A stretch of 64,000 nucleotides of DNA, from NCBI RefSeq assembly GCF_006345805.1, contig NC_043000.1, positions 127,906,001 to 127,970,000 of the forward strand, given 5' to 3'. Under the pieces are notes generated by a model. It saw only the letters and a program-made list of their open reading frames with translations, was not told the origin of the DNA and ran no database searches. Of the stretch, positions 35,701 to 48,785 are shown in pieces. The stretch's first letter is position 1. The number at the start of each line of letters is the position of its first letter. Position numbers and translations under genes: made by a program. Source of the stretch: Octopus sinensis (taxonomy: Eukaryota).

Positions 35701-37376
35701 ATAACTTGTTCTGTACTTCGCCAGGTGTAATAACTTGTTCTGTACTTCGCCATGTAATAACTTGTTCTGTACTTCGCCAGGTGTAATAACTTGTTCTGTA
35801 CTTCGCCAGTGTAATAACTTGTTCTGTACTTCGCCAGTGTAATAACTTGTTCTGTACTTCGCCAGGTGTAATAACTTGTTCTGTACTTCGCCAGGTGTAA
35901 TAACTTGTTCTGTACTTCGCCAGGTGTAATAACTTGTTCTGTACTTCGCCAGGTGTAATAACTTGTTCTGTACTTCGCCAGGTGTAATAACTTGTTCTGT
36001 ACTTCGCCAGGTGTAATAACTTGTTCTGTACTTCGCCAGGTGTAATAACTTGTTCTGTACTTCGCCAGGTGTAATAACTTGTTCTGTACTTCGCCAGGTG
36101 TAATAACTTGTTCTGTACTTTGCCAGGTGTAATAACTTGTTCTGTACTTCGCCAGGTGTAATAACTTGTTCTGTACTTCGCCAGGTGTAATAACTTGTTC
36201 TGTACTTCGCCAGGTGTAATAACTTGTTCTGTACTTCGCCAGGTGTAATAACTTGTTCTGTACTTCGCCAGGTGTAATAACTTGTTCTGTACTTCGCCAG
36301 GTGTAATAACTTGTTCTGTACTTCGCCAGGTGTAATAACTTGTTCTGTACTTCGCCAGGTGTAATAACTTGTTCTGTACTTCGCCAGGTGTAATAACTTG
36401 TTCTGTACTTCGCAGGTGTAATAACTTGTTCTGTACTTCGCCAGGTGTAATAACTTGTTCTGTACTTCGCCAGGTGTAATAACTTGTTCTGTACTTCGCC
36501 AGGTGTAATAACTTGTTCTGTACTTCGCCAGGTGTAATAACTTGTTCTGTACTACTTCGCCAGGTGTAATAACTTGTTCTGTACTTCGCCAGTGTAATAA
36601 CTGTTCTGTACTTCGCCAGGTGTAATAACTTGTTCTGTACTTCGCCAGGTGTAATAACTTGTTCTGTACTTCGCCAGGTGTAAAACTTGTTCTGTACTTC
36701 GCCAGTGTAATACTTGTTCTGTACTTCGCCAGGTGTAATAACTTGTTCTGTACTTCGCCAGGTGTATAACTGTTCTGTACTTCGCCAGGTGTAATAACTT
36801 GTTCTGTACTTCGCCAGGTGTAATAACTTGTTCTGTACTTCACCAGGTGTAATAACTTGTTCTGTACTTCACCAGGTGTAATAACTTGTTCTGTACTTCA
36901 CCAGGTGTAATAACTTGTTCTGTACTTCACCAGGTGTATAACTTGTTCTGTACTTCACCAGGTGTAATAACTTGTTCTGTACTTCACCAGGTGTAATAAC
37001 TTGTTCTGTACTTCACCAGGTGTAATAACTTGTTCTGTACTTCACCAGGTGTAATAACTTGTTCTGTACTTCACCAGGTGTAATAACTTGTTCTGTACTT
37101 CACCAGGTGTAATAACTTGTTCTGTACTTCACCAGGTGTAATAACTTGTTCTGTACTTCACCAGGTGTAATAACTTGTTCTGTACTTCACCAGGTGTAAT
37201 AACTTGTTCTGTACTTTACCAAGTGTAATAACTTGTTCTGAACTTTACCAAGTGTAATAACTTGTTCTGTACTTTACCAAGTGTAATAACTTGTTCTGTA
37301 CTTTACCAAGTGTAATAACTTGTTCTGTACTTTACCAAGTGTAATAACTTGTTCTGTACTTTACCAAGTATAATAA
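32703..37376. repeat. 29-bp minisatellite (GTGTAATAACTTGTTCTGTACTTCACCAG)n, ~160 units, in SCFD1 intron 6
   Basis: Directly visible tandem array with three variants (cacc-agg, cgcc-agg, tacc-aag) in blocks. Confidence 0.98.
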
Positions 37377-37523
37377 CAATAAAAACAAAATTATTAATAG
37401 GATTCCTTATCTAGTTCACTAGACAAACTATCAATACAAATAACCTAAATATACCAATTATCATAGAAATTAGAATCTATGTTGCTCAGAGAAAAAGGTC
37501 TCAAGGTATGAAAATCAACTTAC

Positions 37524-37611
37524 CATAATATGATATAGATTCTCTATCTTGGTGCCGCAGTGTAAACAGATCATCTTCTAAACTAATAAAGTTTAAATTT
37601 TGATCGTAAAT
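37524..37611 (-). CDS. SCFD1: SCFD1 exon 6, IYDQNLNFISLEDDLFTLRHQDRESISYY
   Basis: Acceptor attacag, donor gtaagt; 88 nt; DQxLNFIxLEDD motif. Confidence 0.96.
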
Positions 37612-38199
37612 CTGTAATAATACACAAAAGTCATAAATTGAAACAAAAAATATTCACAACATATATGTTACAGAATTAATTAGTAATTTATTATGCATAT
37701 ATTAATTTATGGAAAATTTCCTTTTGAAGTATCTGCTATTAAACAGAACCAAAGTGTTGCTTATATTAGAACATATTGGTATGAATATATTCTATAAATT
37801 TATGCTGATAAGTTATCAAACTAAATATCAAACTCCAGCAACAAGAGCAGGGAAATTCTTGCATGTTTAAGATGCAGGTGGGGACACACAGGTGCGATCT
37901 TAAGTATGCAACTTTTAGAAGAAAGACATAATAAAAGTGAAATTAATATGATGGATTACTGACTGTATGGTCATGTGTTCAAACTTCGCTGCCTACAGCA
38001 AGGTGCAGTCTCCCTACCTGGAAAACAAGTTCCTCTTCAACTCTACCAGCAGGCATATTAGAAAACTTCTAATAGTTTTAATTATTAACAGTTATTGATA
38101 CCAACTAGGCTTCAGTCCACTACTGCTTCATCAGTCACCATTAGTCGAGTAAGTTATGAAAGAAAATAGTTTCATTAACATTGCTCTCTGCAGCCAACC

Positions 38200-38400
38200 A
38201 TAGTAACAATGACTGTTCATGGCATTGACATGACTTGATAAGCTTTCTTCATACCTCTCGGTTTTTCGCTTGAGTTTACCATTCATATTCCTTTCTGCAG
38301 TATCTTTGAATCTCGGCCTAGATCCTCCATGGTGTCTTTTACCCTTGCATAGCTGGGAGCAAAGAAGTTGTACGGGGATTCTGCTATTGCCCGAAGGTTT
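38200..38400 (-). mobile_element. RTE (BovB-like) LINE C-terminal fragment
   Basis: QLLCSQLCKGKRHHGGSRPRFKDT motif. Confidence 0.55.
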
Positions 38401-38909
38401 AGAATTCAAATCTGACTGAGATCAACTTTACCTTTCAGCTTTCATGGATCAATAAAATAAGCACCAGTAATATACTAGGCTGATTTAATCAACTGCTCCT
38501 GTCTTCGTGGCCTAGTGCCACTTACAGAAATCAAAATTCGGAGGGTTGAGAAAAATGGAAGAAACAGTAGAAATGCTTTACTCAGTTATTCCCCTTTACA
38601 TTCTCATAAATTCCTCACACGTATTGACCGACTTCAATTTTTAAGCCCATAAACAGCTGTGTTAGCTTTGCTAGATATGTGACAGATGTAATTGTTGAGC
38701 AATAATTCTATTTACCAATGAAAACCTTCACCATCCTTTCTTTTTCCTCTACTTCTGTAACCTAATATGAAAGATTATCTGTTATTCTGCTGTGTGTAAT
38801 GTAGTCTGGATGTAAAAAAAGAAAATCTACCATTTTGTAACATTTTCTCTGATAAGTCATTGCCTCATTTCCAACTGATGAGACATTTTGCTAAAATGTC
38901 TTTAGGAAT

Positions 38910-39216
38910 GGGAGCACTTCATCGGTTACGATGATGAAGGTCCCAGCTGATACAATCAACGGAACAGCTTGCTCGTGAAATTAACGTGCAAGTGGCTAAG
39001 CACTCCACAAACATGTGTACCCTTAACATAATTCTCAGGGAGATTCAGCGTGACACAGAGTGTGACAAGGCTGGCCCTTTGAAATACAGGTACTACTCAT
39101 TTTTGCTAGCCAAGTGGACTGGAGCAACGTGAAATAAAGTTTCTTGAGAGGAATTGAACTCACAACCTTACGATCGTGAGCCAAACACCCTAACCACTAA
39201 GCCACGTGCCTTCACC
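38910..39216 (-). mobile_element. tRNA-derived SINE, family E
   Basis: Minus-strand head gtgaaggcacgtggcttagtggttagggtg...gtgagttcaattcc. Confidence 0.7.
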
Positions 39217-40246
39217 TTTGGGAATAAATCAACTATGAAAAGACACCAGAAATAGTAAGCATCAGTTTCAACATATGATGGAATTTGAAGATTAGGTGAG
39301 AGAGGTATTACCTATTAAAGATTTAAGCAAAAGAATATCACTTTTTACAATAGAAAAAGCAGGATTTGGTAGAGGTGGGATTAGTTTCAAGAAAGGAGAT
39401 ACCCATTTAGAGTAGTAACTAAAACCTATTAGCTATAAGAGTTGTTTAGAATAGGTAGACATCAAATTGCAGAGAATTATTTTCTATTTTGTATCCATGG
39501 TGACGAATGGATGTCTTGGCAGAGAAGACATTTGTCATTGTCCAATTTAATGTTGAGTCTATTAGTGACTGAAATTCACTGAACCAAAATATCCTTCAAT
39601 AATATTGTCAAGACAGACAGGTACTCCTTCGATATCACAGTTGATAATTATACAATCCATCACCTACATCATTTGTCGTATCAAAGTGTAACATTGTAAA
39701 CTGAAATAAACATCCATCATCTCAACTTGCATAGTATTTCTCTTCTTCATCACTGAGGACTAGACTGATGGTAGGCTGCTTTCAGAGCCATTTTGCTGAA
39801 GAATTTATTGTAGGTAATAGAACACAGGAGCTCTTCAATATTTGGAAGTGGATGAGAATCTAGAAAGTAGTAGCAATTTTTATATTTGAAGAACAAATAT
39901 AAATATTCATTATTTATAGCAAATAACCAATTGTTACCCTTTAGCTAACACATACTACAGAACACCAGAACTGAAAGTAGCAATAATTATTTCATATCAC
40001 TAGATCTGCATTAAACAGCAGCCAAATCATCTACAAAACCATATACAACCTTTTGTAAAAAAAAAGGAAAAGAGACTGTATAATGTAGTCCTATGTGAAA
40101 AATGTCTAAAAATAAGATAAGGTGGTCATGTTTGGAATACTTCTGACTGTGAGTTTACTTGAATAGCAGTGAACATCCAGCAAATAAATTTAAGGCTTAC
40201 ATAAAAATAACTTTAAATACAAGAAATAACTGATGTTAAAACTAAC

Positions 40247-40369
40247 CTTTGATATCAGTGACACACAATTATGCTGGATCGCAGTGTTGGCGATGTCTTC
40301 CAGCTTTTGTCGTGAAACACAAGATATAAAGTTCAAAAAATAGGAATCATACATTTGATTTTCAAAATC
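40247..40369 (-). CDS. SCFD1: SCFD1 exon 5, DFENQMYDSYFLNFISCVSRQKLEDIANTAIQHNCVSLISK
   Basis: Inside track ORF 40190..40402; acceptor ttcag, donor gttagt; 123 nt, phase 0-0. Confidence 0.96.
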
Positions 40370-41360
40370 CTGAAAGAAGAAAAAACACAAGATAGTGAAC
40401 AACTTAAAAGTAAAAAGTCAGGATGAAAGTTATTTGGGAGTCTTTTGAATGGGCAAGGATCCTTTTTATATATAACAGTGAATATAAGGATATAGAGACC
40501 ATGTTACAGTTTATATTGTTGATGGCAAAGAAAGTCTGGCTTGATCTTAACACTTCTAAAATATATCTTTATCTTCTATTTTGTACTTGTTTCAGTCATT
40601 GGGACTGTGACCATGTTGAGGCACCACCTTAAACCATTTTAGTCAAATTGACCACAAAACTTTTGTCTAAAGTTTGGCACTTCATCAATCAGTCGCTTTT
40701 GCTGAGCCATTAAGTTACAGAGATGTAAACAAACCAACAACAGTTGTCAAGTGGTTGGAGGAGACAAACACAGACACACAGGTCTACCAGATTCACTCAC
40801 AAGCTATTAATCGGTCTGAGGTTATAATAAGCCACTTATCCAAGGTGCCACACATGACTGAACCTGAAACTATATGCTTTCAAAGTGAGCTTAATAACAC
40901 AGCCATACCTGTTGGGATTTATAGTCATAAAAAAAAAACACATGTAGTTTTTGTTCAAATTATGCTACATACATTTCCATAGCACAGCTATTTATTTGTT
41001 AAACGTATTACATAATGTGAACATATCTAATATAAGATTCTTGATGTGAAATTACGAGACAGACATGGAGTAATTATAATGAAAGTGAAATATAACCTCT
41101 GTGTGTGTGTGTGTGTTCATTATTGGGATAATGGTTCTCCTAAAATGCAATGAAAATTATTGTTCTATCTTTATAGAAAGAGAAAATAAATTTCTAAAAC
41201 AGGTATTTATATTTCAAAGAGACAATCGCTACACTTTTAAACACCTTGATATATCAATAGCCATACTGATTGAATTTATGCATGTACACACACAGTTTAA
41301 CACATCTTGTTAAATACCTTTCCACAATTTGTAGCTTAAGTTTTCTAATAAAATACTCAC

Positions 41361-41451
41361 CCTGCATATTCTTTGAATATTATCATCTGTTGGCATAACA
41401 AAGTATATAGCAGGAACATCAGGAATTGGGTCTCGATCTGAATGGAGAAGC
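41361..41451 (-). CDS. SCFD1: SCFD1 exon 4, [30 protein letters not shown]
   Basis: Acceptor tctttcag, donor gtgagt; 91 nt; [12 protein letters not shown] motif. Confidence 0.97.
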
Positions 41452-42680
41452 CTGAAAGAAATTCCAATCATTTCTTTAAGTAAAGCAAGCCAAATAAAAG
41501 AAGAAAAAAAAAACTACTCTCAATGTCTTTCAAAAACAATTATTTTATATTTTATTTTAATAAATTCATATTAAAATGATACTGTAATTCTTCCTCTCTT
41601 TGAAATTTGGGGTAACCCAAATTAATTTTTATTTTTTAATTATCCTCTTGTTCATGTTAAACCAATCCTTTATTGCATTAAATTTATAACAAATCATTGA
41701 ATTTTCTCAAATTTTTAAATTAAATCCAAAGGCTATAATGAGGATTTATAACATAGCCCCAAGTCGTTTATATGGCATGCAACTCACCCAAAGATATGAA
41801 CCATTAACTTGTCAAATATCCCACAACAGGTTGTACAAAAAGATTTTGTAAACCAAGAAGAGATGTAATTAAATAGTCATAAATACTGTAGCTTAATAAA
41901 ACAAAAAAATGAATTAAACAAACATGGAAAATTAATAATTGAGAGAATAACTGACTGAAAGGCACTGCAAGAAGGCAGCAAGTTACCAAGCAGAGAAAAG
42001 TGGAATTAAAATAGATAAAAGATAAGAGTAAGTTTGGTGATGCAAACAGGGAAAAATAGAACTCAAAATATGAGAGAGTGAGAGAGAATGTGTGTGTGTG
42101 TGTGTGTGTAAGAGATAAAGTGAGAGAAGCAACAGATAATGCATAGTGGTAGCAATAGTAATGCATTGTATCAGTAGTGGTTGTAGTAGGAAAGATATTT
42201 GTTATATACTCTTTTCTCTCTCTTTTTACTCTTTTACTTGTTTCAGTCATCTGACTGCGGCCATGCTGGAGCACCGCCTTTAGTCGAGCAACTCGACCCC
42301 GGGACTTATTCTTTGTAAGCCCAGTACTTATTCTATCGGTCTCTTTTGCCGAACCGCTAAGTGACGGGGACGTAAACACACCAGCTTCGGTTGTCAAGCA
42401 ATGCTAGGGGGACAAACACAGACACACAAACACACACATATATATATACATATATACAACAGGCTTCTTTCAGTTTCCGTCTACCAAATCCACTCACAAG
42501 GCATTGGTCGGCCCGAGGCTATAGCAGAAGACACTTGCCCAAGATGCCACGCAGTGGGACTGAACCATATCATCATCGTTTAATGTCCATTTTCCATGCT
42601 GACATGGGTTGGTCAGTCTGACTGAGGATTGGCAGGCCAGTAAGCTGCACCAGGCTCTAATCTGATCTGGCAAGGTTTTG

Positions 42681-44500
42681 TACAGCTCTCACCAACCACT
42701 CATCTATCCCTAATTTCTGCATTGACCACCAGATAAGAGACCAGGGGACCCTGTCAAAGGTTTTCTCAATGTCAACAAAAGCCCAATATAGAGGTCTATC
42801 TTTGGCTAGATATTTCTCCTGCAGTTGCCTTACTAGAAATATAGCATCAGTGGTGCTTCTACCTGGCACAAAACTAAACTGCATCTCATCTAGGCTAACT
42901 CTCTCCCTAATTAGTTGTGCTATGACCCTCTCTGTGACTTTCATCATCTGATCCAGCAATTTGATGCCCTTGTAGTTATTTCTATCTAAAGCATCACCTT
43001 TACTTTGTAGCAGTGACTATGGTGCTGCTAGACCAGTCATTGGGTATGACTTCTTCGTGAACTACCTGATTTATAGTATATGTGACTAGACCATAACCTG
43101 CACCACCAGATATTTTAAGTATCTCAGCACTGATTCTTGATGGGTTGGGGGCTTTCCCCATCTTTATATCCTTAATTGCTTTATTGGGGTACTGTTGATT
43201 CAAGTGGCTGGTCCCTGAATTGGATCAACATTTGGCAGGTTTGCCTCCCCCTATTCATTCTCCACATTCAGAAGCCTTTCATAATAAGCCTCATTCTTTG
43301 CAGAATCATTAAATGCAAGTGCACCGTCATCCATGCAGACACATTTGTCTCCTATGACTTCACAATTATCTCTCACACACTGTCTTGCAATCTGAAATAC
43401 TTCAGTTCTTTGGTCCTCACATCACTGAACATTGGCAAACTTTTTTTTCTGCTTCTCCCTTGGCTATAGATACCTGTCTCCTAGCTTCCCTTCTGGCTAT
43501 CTGATACAGTTCCCTGCTACTCCAACTCTTCCAGGCCTGTTTCTTTACTCTAATGGCCCTGTGTACAGTTATATTCCACCACCACATTAGCCTGGGTCTG
43601 GAAGGGACTTTGCACCAGCCATAGATTTGTTCCATGGCACTCAGCAAGCTGTCAAACAGGAATTCCCAGTTGCCCTCTCATCAAATTTCTCAATGAGGAT
43701 GTCCCAAAATCTCTGACCATGTGAAGGGTTCTTAAGCTTCCAAATCCCTCTTTCCCAGATTGGTCTGCTTCTTGGCCTCAAGTCTAAAATCACTAAAAAC
43801 TAGTCTATGCTAGGGGGGGGGTACATTCTTCACCAAGTGGGTGGGGTCTTTGTATTTGAGAGCAGCCATACATCCCGCTGTCTGGTGAGAATAAAATCAG
43901 TCTGGCTAGCAGAGTCACCTGATTGATAGGTTATCTGGTGGCTGGCTGGCTTCCTGAAGTTAGTGTTGCAGATCAACAGGTTGCTTGCATCACAGAACTC
44001 CAGTAGCCTAGTTCCTCTTTGTTTCAGAAACCAATTCCATAGCCCCCATGAACAGCATGGAAGATACCAGGTTGCTGTCTGACATGCCTGTTAAAATCTC
44101 CATCCCCAAAGATGAGATCATCTTCACTCGTCTTTGAAGTAGCCTGCAGAGGAATATCATAAAAGTGATCCTTCTGTTCATTTGGTAGGCCCACTTGAAG
44201 GGCACAGACAGAGATAATTGTAGCTATACTATTCTGCAAGACTAGCTTAAGCACTCTATCACACTCCCTGACTACCTTTATGACCTTATCAACCCATTTC
44301 TTTGCAAGAGAGTATGCCCACACCACCTACTCTGTCACTGTTACCTTCCCAGAAGATTTTATACCTATGTGCCTTGCCTGTGAGGACTGACTGAAGCTCC
44401 TCTCCACCTTACCTCTTGTATGCAGCATACATCAACAGTTCTCCATTCAAGCATCTCTACAATCTCATTCAACCTATATTTCAATTGACAGTGCCACTCT
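42681..44500 (-). mobile_element. Degenerate RTE-clade LINE (AP endonuclease + RT fragments)
   Basis: Track ORFs 44024..44326 (endonuclease, GDFNRHV) and 42657..42959 (QFSFVPGRSTTDAIFLVRQLQEKY...AFVDIEKTFDRVP); many frameshifts. Confidence 0.85.
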
Positions 44501-44835
44501 AAAACCTGGATAAAGGGATGTGGAGGGAAACATGGGAAGGTGAGATATTATTCAGCACCTGAAAAGAAGGTTTCCATGATCTTTTGATAGACATGTCACA
44601 CAGGTTGTTCTCACTTTTAACCTATCACCATTTAAACATGTTAAAATTGCTGTCCCTCCTGGGGGTAAGAATAGGAAGCATTGCAAATTAAACTTATCAG
44701 TATTGTAAATATAAGCATTACTAGTAATGCAGATATATATATATATAATAAAAGTAGATATGAATATAAATATGCCAATGTTAGATTAAGTAAGTAGGTG
44801 GGTTGCTATCTTGTTGCATTACTCCTGGGAAAAAT

Positions 44836-44867
<32 letters not shown>

Positions 44868-45129
44868 GTACTATTTGGTTGGGTTAGTCCAGAGAGAGAA
44901 AGAAAGGAGGAGGGTGCAGGCAAGAACATTCAAGCATGTTAAAATTGTTGTCCCTGCTGGGGGTAAGAGTAGGAAGCATTGTAAATGAAAGTGTTATGAA
45001 CATTGTGAATATAATGATTACTGGTGCTGCAGATATAATAAAAATAATAAAAATATCTTCATAAAACTGAAATAAACTAAACCATCAAGAGTAAATACTT
45101 ATCTCATAAAGCAAGTGCATTATACTCAC

Positions 45130-45218
45130 ATATGCAAAGTTACACCTAAGTCTCTTAATTCTTTTACATTTAAAAGTGGAGAAATTATGTCCTGACCAAA
45201 TCGATCGTAGACCAAAAC
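45130..45218 (-). CDS. SCFD1: SCFD1 exon 3, VLVYDRFGQDIISPLLNVKELRDLGVTLH(M)
   Basis: Acceptor ttttcag, donor gtgagt; 89 nt; highly conserved Sec1 domain-1 motif. Confidence 0.97.
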
Positions 45219-46722
45219 CTGAAAATAGATATGACCTCTTTAAATTTCTTTATTCCATACATAATAGCAAATGTATATAAATATGAAAATATACTACATA
45301 GAAGGGAGTGTCAATATTAGTCATTCAAAACACTGAAATGTAACTGAAACATTATAGAATTAAATTAGGTGTTGGAGAAGCAAAGATGGATTAAACGACT
45401 AGCAGTATTCAATTTGATATTCTTCAATATTCTTAATTCAAATCCTTGAGGTCAGCTTTTCTCTTTAATTCTTCCAGGATCAAAATATATATAAGTAAAA
45501 CACAAGACAGTTTTTATTCAGAATTACTGCTATCCTAGATGATTAACTGAATGCTATTTGCAGAGTTCATATACCTTCCTTTAGGGTTTTTTGGGGGTTT
45601 TTTTGGTTTTTTTAGTAAAGCTTTCATACCTGGATACCCATCCTATAATCAACCACTTTACAGTGTGGATTAGGTACATTTCATTGTGCCACCAGCACTA
45701 AAAACTTTACAACAGAAATAAGTAACCTTCAAGGTAGGTTGCAGAATTCATATCACCTCTGTGTGATTAGCACTGAACCCTTTTCAAATACTGTTGTGTT
45801 TCATGTCAGGAGAGGGTTCAGCTACTAATGAGACCACAGCTGAGAAGGGGGTTGTCCTAATGTAGCCTTCCCATTGTACCAGCCATAGTTAACAAGAATA
45901 AAGGATGCTTGTAATCTAATCTAGCTAGGACATCAGCTTCTGAGACAGGTTTTCACTATGGTTGAGAAACTGTCTCTCCATGATGTCATTAGTAAGGCAG
46001 CTTACAAACTCAGACTAGGGCAGCTGGGTATGAGGATGCCTCCATAACTTGGAAAGACAAGACACTTAGTTACCAAAGGAGTTTGTTGTAAATAATAACA
46101 AACAAGTCTGGTTTGTCAAAAGATGGGTATCAAGAAGGTAATTTATACAGATCAGAGGCCCTTGACATGTATTTCAGCCACTGTCAACAATTTTCAGAGA
46201 CATACATATAATTTCCAATTCCACACTGAAGTAAGGAAATAATAGGTTTTCAAAGTTGAAAATATCTGTCTTGAGATGGTTAAATAGAGCTCCAGATTTA
46301 GCAAAATCTTCAAATTCAGCTCAGCCCCTACTTCAAATCCCTATAAAATCAGAACCATACAAAGGAGCTAAAGTTTTCAGGATTATCAAGGTACAAGGAC
46401 TACTTCACTCAGGAAAATTTTCAGGTAATTTGAAAGACACCAAGCATGTTTCACTATTAGCTGTAATGCCCCAGACTATTTTAGCTTATCTTCATATGCC
46501 CAACACATGCACACACACACACACACACACTAACAAATTTCACTCACATAATGCTGATCAATATGAAGTTATAGCAGAAGCTCCCTTTCAGCTCAATGTG
46601 CAGAGAGATATCTAACCCAGAGTGACATGGTTGTGAAATAAACTTCTTAGCAACACAGTCATGTCTTCACCCATTGTTTATAAAATTTATTGTTCAGTAA
46701 ATTTTTACAAAGTAAAACTTAC

Positions 46723-46793
46723 CTTCCATTGTGGCTCGGCTGAAACTTGCTTCGTCGGCTGATTATTGAAAGCAAGCATACGCTTGAGAGCCA
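46723..46793 (-). CDS. SCFD1: SCFD1 exon 2, (V)ALKRMLAFNNQPTKQVSAEPQWK
   Basis: Acceptor tttgcag, donor gtaagt; 71 nt; ALKRML...EPxWK motif of SLY1 proteins. Confidence 0.95.
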
Positions 46794-48249
46794 CTGCAAA
46801 GTGAAAAACAATAATTGGTTAATAAAGTCAATTTAGTTAATATGCTCCTTTTATTAGATAATTCAAATTTAATTTTAAATATTCTGCTTTGATAATACTT
46901 TTGCTATTTAACCCAAGCTATCCTTTACAGAGCAAACCTATGATCAAAAATATTCCAGCTGTGACAACCCTCAGCTTTTATTCAGACATAGTGTATACCT
47001 ACAGCTACAAATCTGAATAAGTCCTATTTTTAAGATAGCACAGTATGATTTAGAGATTTCACTACTGTTTCTAGCAAGTTGGTTGATGACAAAGGGTAGG
47101 TAACCTCTTGCTTGCAGGAGTGGATACCTACTTCTCAATTTCCATGTTTTTGTACATTCAATGTTTTCTAAATTATAATTAGCTGCTCTTTTAAAGTTTC
47201 TATTAATAAAAACCCCCTTGTTTGTTTATAATCATCATCATCATCGTTTAATGTGTTTTCCATGCTAGCACGGGTTGGACGGTTTGACCGGGGTCTGGGA
47301 AGCCAGGCAGCTGCACCAGGCTCCAGTCTGATCTGACAGTGTTTCTACAGCTGGATGCCCTTTCTAATGCCAACCACTCCGTGAGTGTAGTGGGTGCTTT
47401 TTACGTGCCACCAGCATGAGGAGCCAGGGGAGGCTAGCATCGCCTCGATCAGCTGGTGCTTTTTATGTGCCACCGGCACAGAAGCCAGTCAAGGCGGCGC
47501 TGGCATCGGCCACGTTCAGATATGTTTTATTCAGTTATCAATAAAAGACATTATTTGCTTATAGTTTACAATTATACAGTAAGAGTGGCTCAGTATTCTG
47601 ATTTGACCCATGTAAGTTAGATGGCAGTGCTTATTAAGTGGCTTTGTGAGGGATGAAATAGACAATGTGAGCACAGGTTGAATGAAGCCATGTCAATGGG
47701 CCCCTACTCTAGCATGTCTGTGCATTGGAGAAAGGGAGGAGTAAAGTTGCCGTTTATATTTTGTTATTCATTGTTATATAAATGTATTGCTTTACAAGTA
47801 TTATGTAATTTGATATAATATGTTAAATATACATGTAGAAAATTTACCATTAGTGATATTGGCATGCATTCAATTGTGGAGCAACAGAGAGGCATAAAAT
47901 ATTAAAGCAGTAATTGTACTGGTGCATAAACCATGACCACCTGCCAAAATGGAATGCTTATGTCAGTATTGACGAGTCATAGCAGAGATGATGCCAAGTT
48001 GTACACAATCGAACTTTGACACAACCATTCACTGTCCTGATGGAACTGAGACAAGGTTGTCTGCTATCTCCCTTTCTTTTACTAATGGCAATTAATTCAG
48101 TGATGAAAGAAAGAACCAAAGTACAACCCAGAGGAATTATAACGGTCCCAAATTAAAATGCCAAGATAAGACAGGTGGTGTTTTACTATTTTACATCTTC
48201 AATCACCATATGCCAACAACATTAAGGATATGAGCTTTTTTATATATAT

Positions 48250-48742
48250 ATATTTTCTCGTTTTGTAACTAATTGTACTTTTTGTACATGTATTTTTATT
48301 TTTGCAGTTTTATTGTTTGTCTATGCCAGAAAAAAGGCTTTTTCGTTCGTCCTCTTGTGTTTGTTTTTGTACATGTATTTTAATTTTGCAGTCTTATTGT
48401 TACGTCTTGTTTGTGTTCGTACTCATTGTGCCCCGCTGCTTGAAATTTTATTTTAATTCTCTCGCAGGAAGGCCTATTGGATTAGTGTTCTGTTATGCCT
48501 TCGAAACATGCCTGACTCCTCTAGCGACAGCTGATGACGGGGGTTTTGTCCTTGTGTAACCTGTCCTGTATTTGGTTTCGTTTTCCGTTTTCTTGTTTTT
48601 TGTTTTTTGGCTTTTTCTGTTTCTACGTCTTATTGTGATGTCCTGTACTTCCGTATAATTATTTATATATGCATGTATATATACATGTAGATGTAGGTAC
48701 GTACATATATGTTTGTATGTATGCATATATTTTTATTTATCT

Positions 48743-48745
<3 letters not shown>
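48250..48745 (+). repeat. Unclassified T-rich repeat related to ~60250-60570, carrying hammerhead-like half motifs
   Basis: Shared atgtcctgtac...tatgcatgtatatatacat..agatgtaggta tail and cttcgaaac ... ctgaNga.gggg segment. Confidence 0.5.

Positions 48746-48782
<37 letters not shown>
48746..48782. repeat. (TA)n microsatellite (others at ~49710, 56515, 59527; (TG)n at ~42090, 56205, 56617)
   Basis: Directly visible. Confidence 0.95.

Positions 48783-48785
<3 letters not shown>

Noticed and set aside
33119-36843. Long ORFs of 370-446 aa (KYRTSYYTW/RSTEQVITPGEVQNKLLHL repeats)
   Set aside because: They are translations of a 29-bp satellite that cycles through frames; there is no non-repetitive coding context.
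32703-37376. CRISPR-like array, or recursive-splicing AG|GT sites (monomer reads ...ttctgtacttcaccag|gt on plus)
   Set aside because: There are no unique spacers and the DNA is eukaryotic intron. The splice-like reading is antisense to SCFD1.
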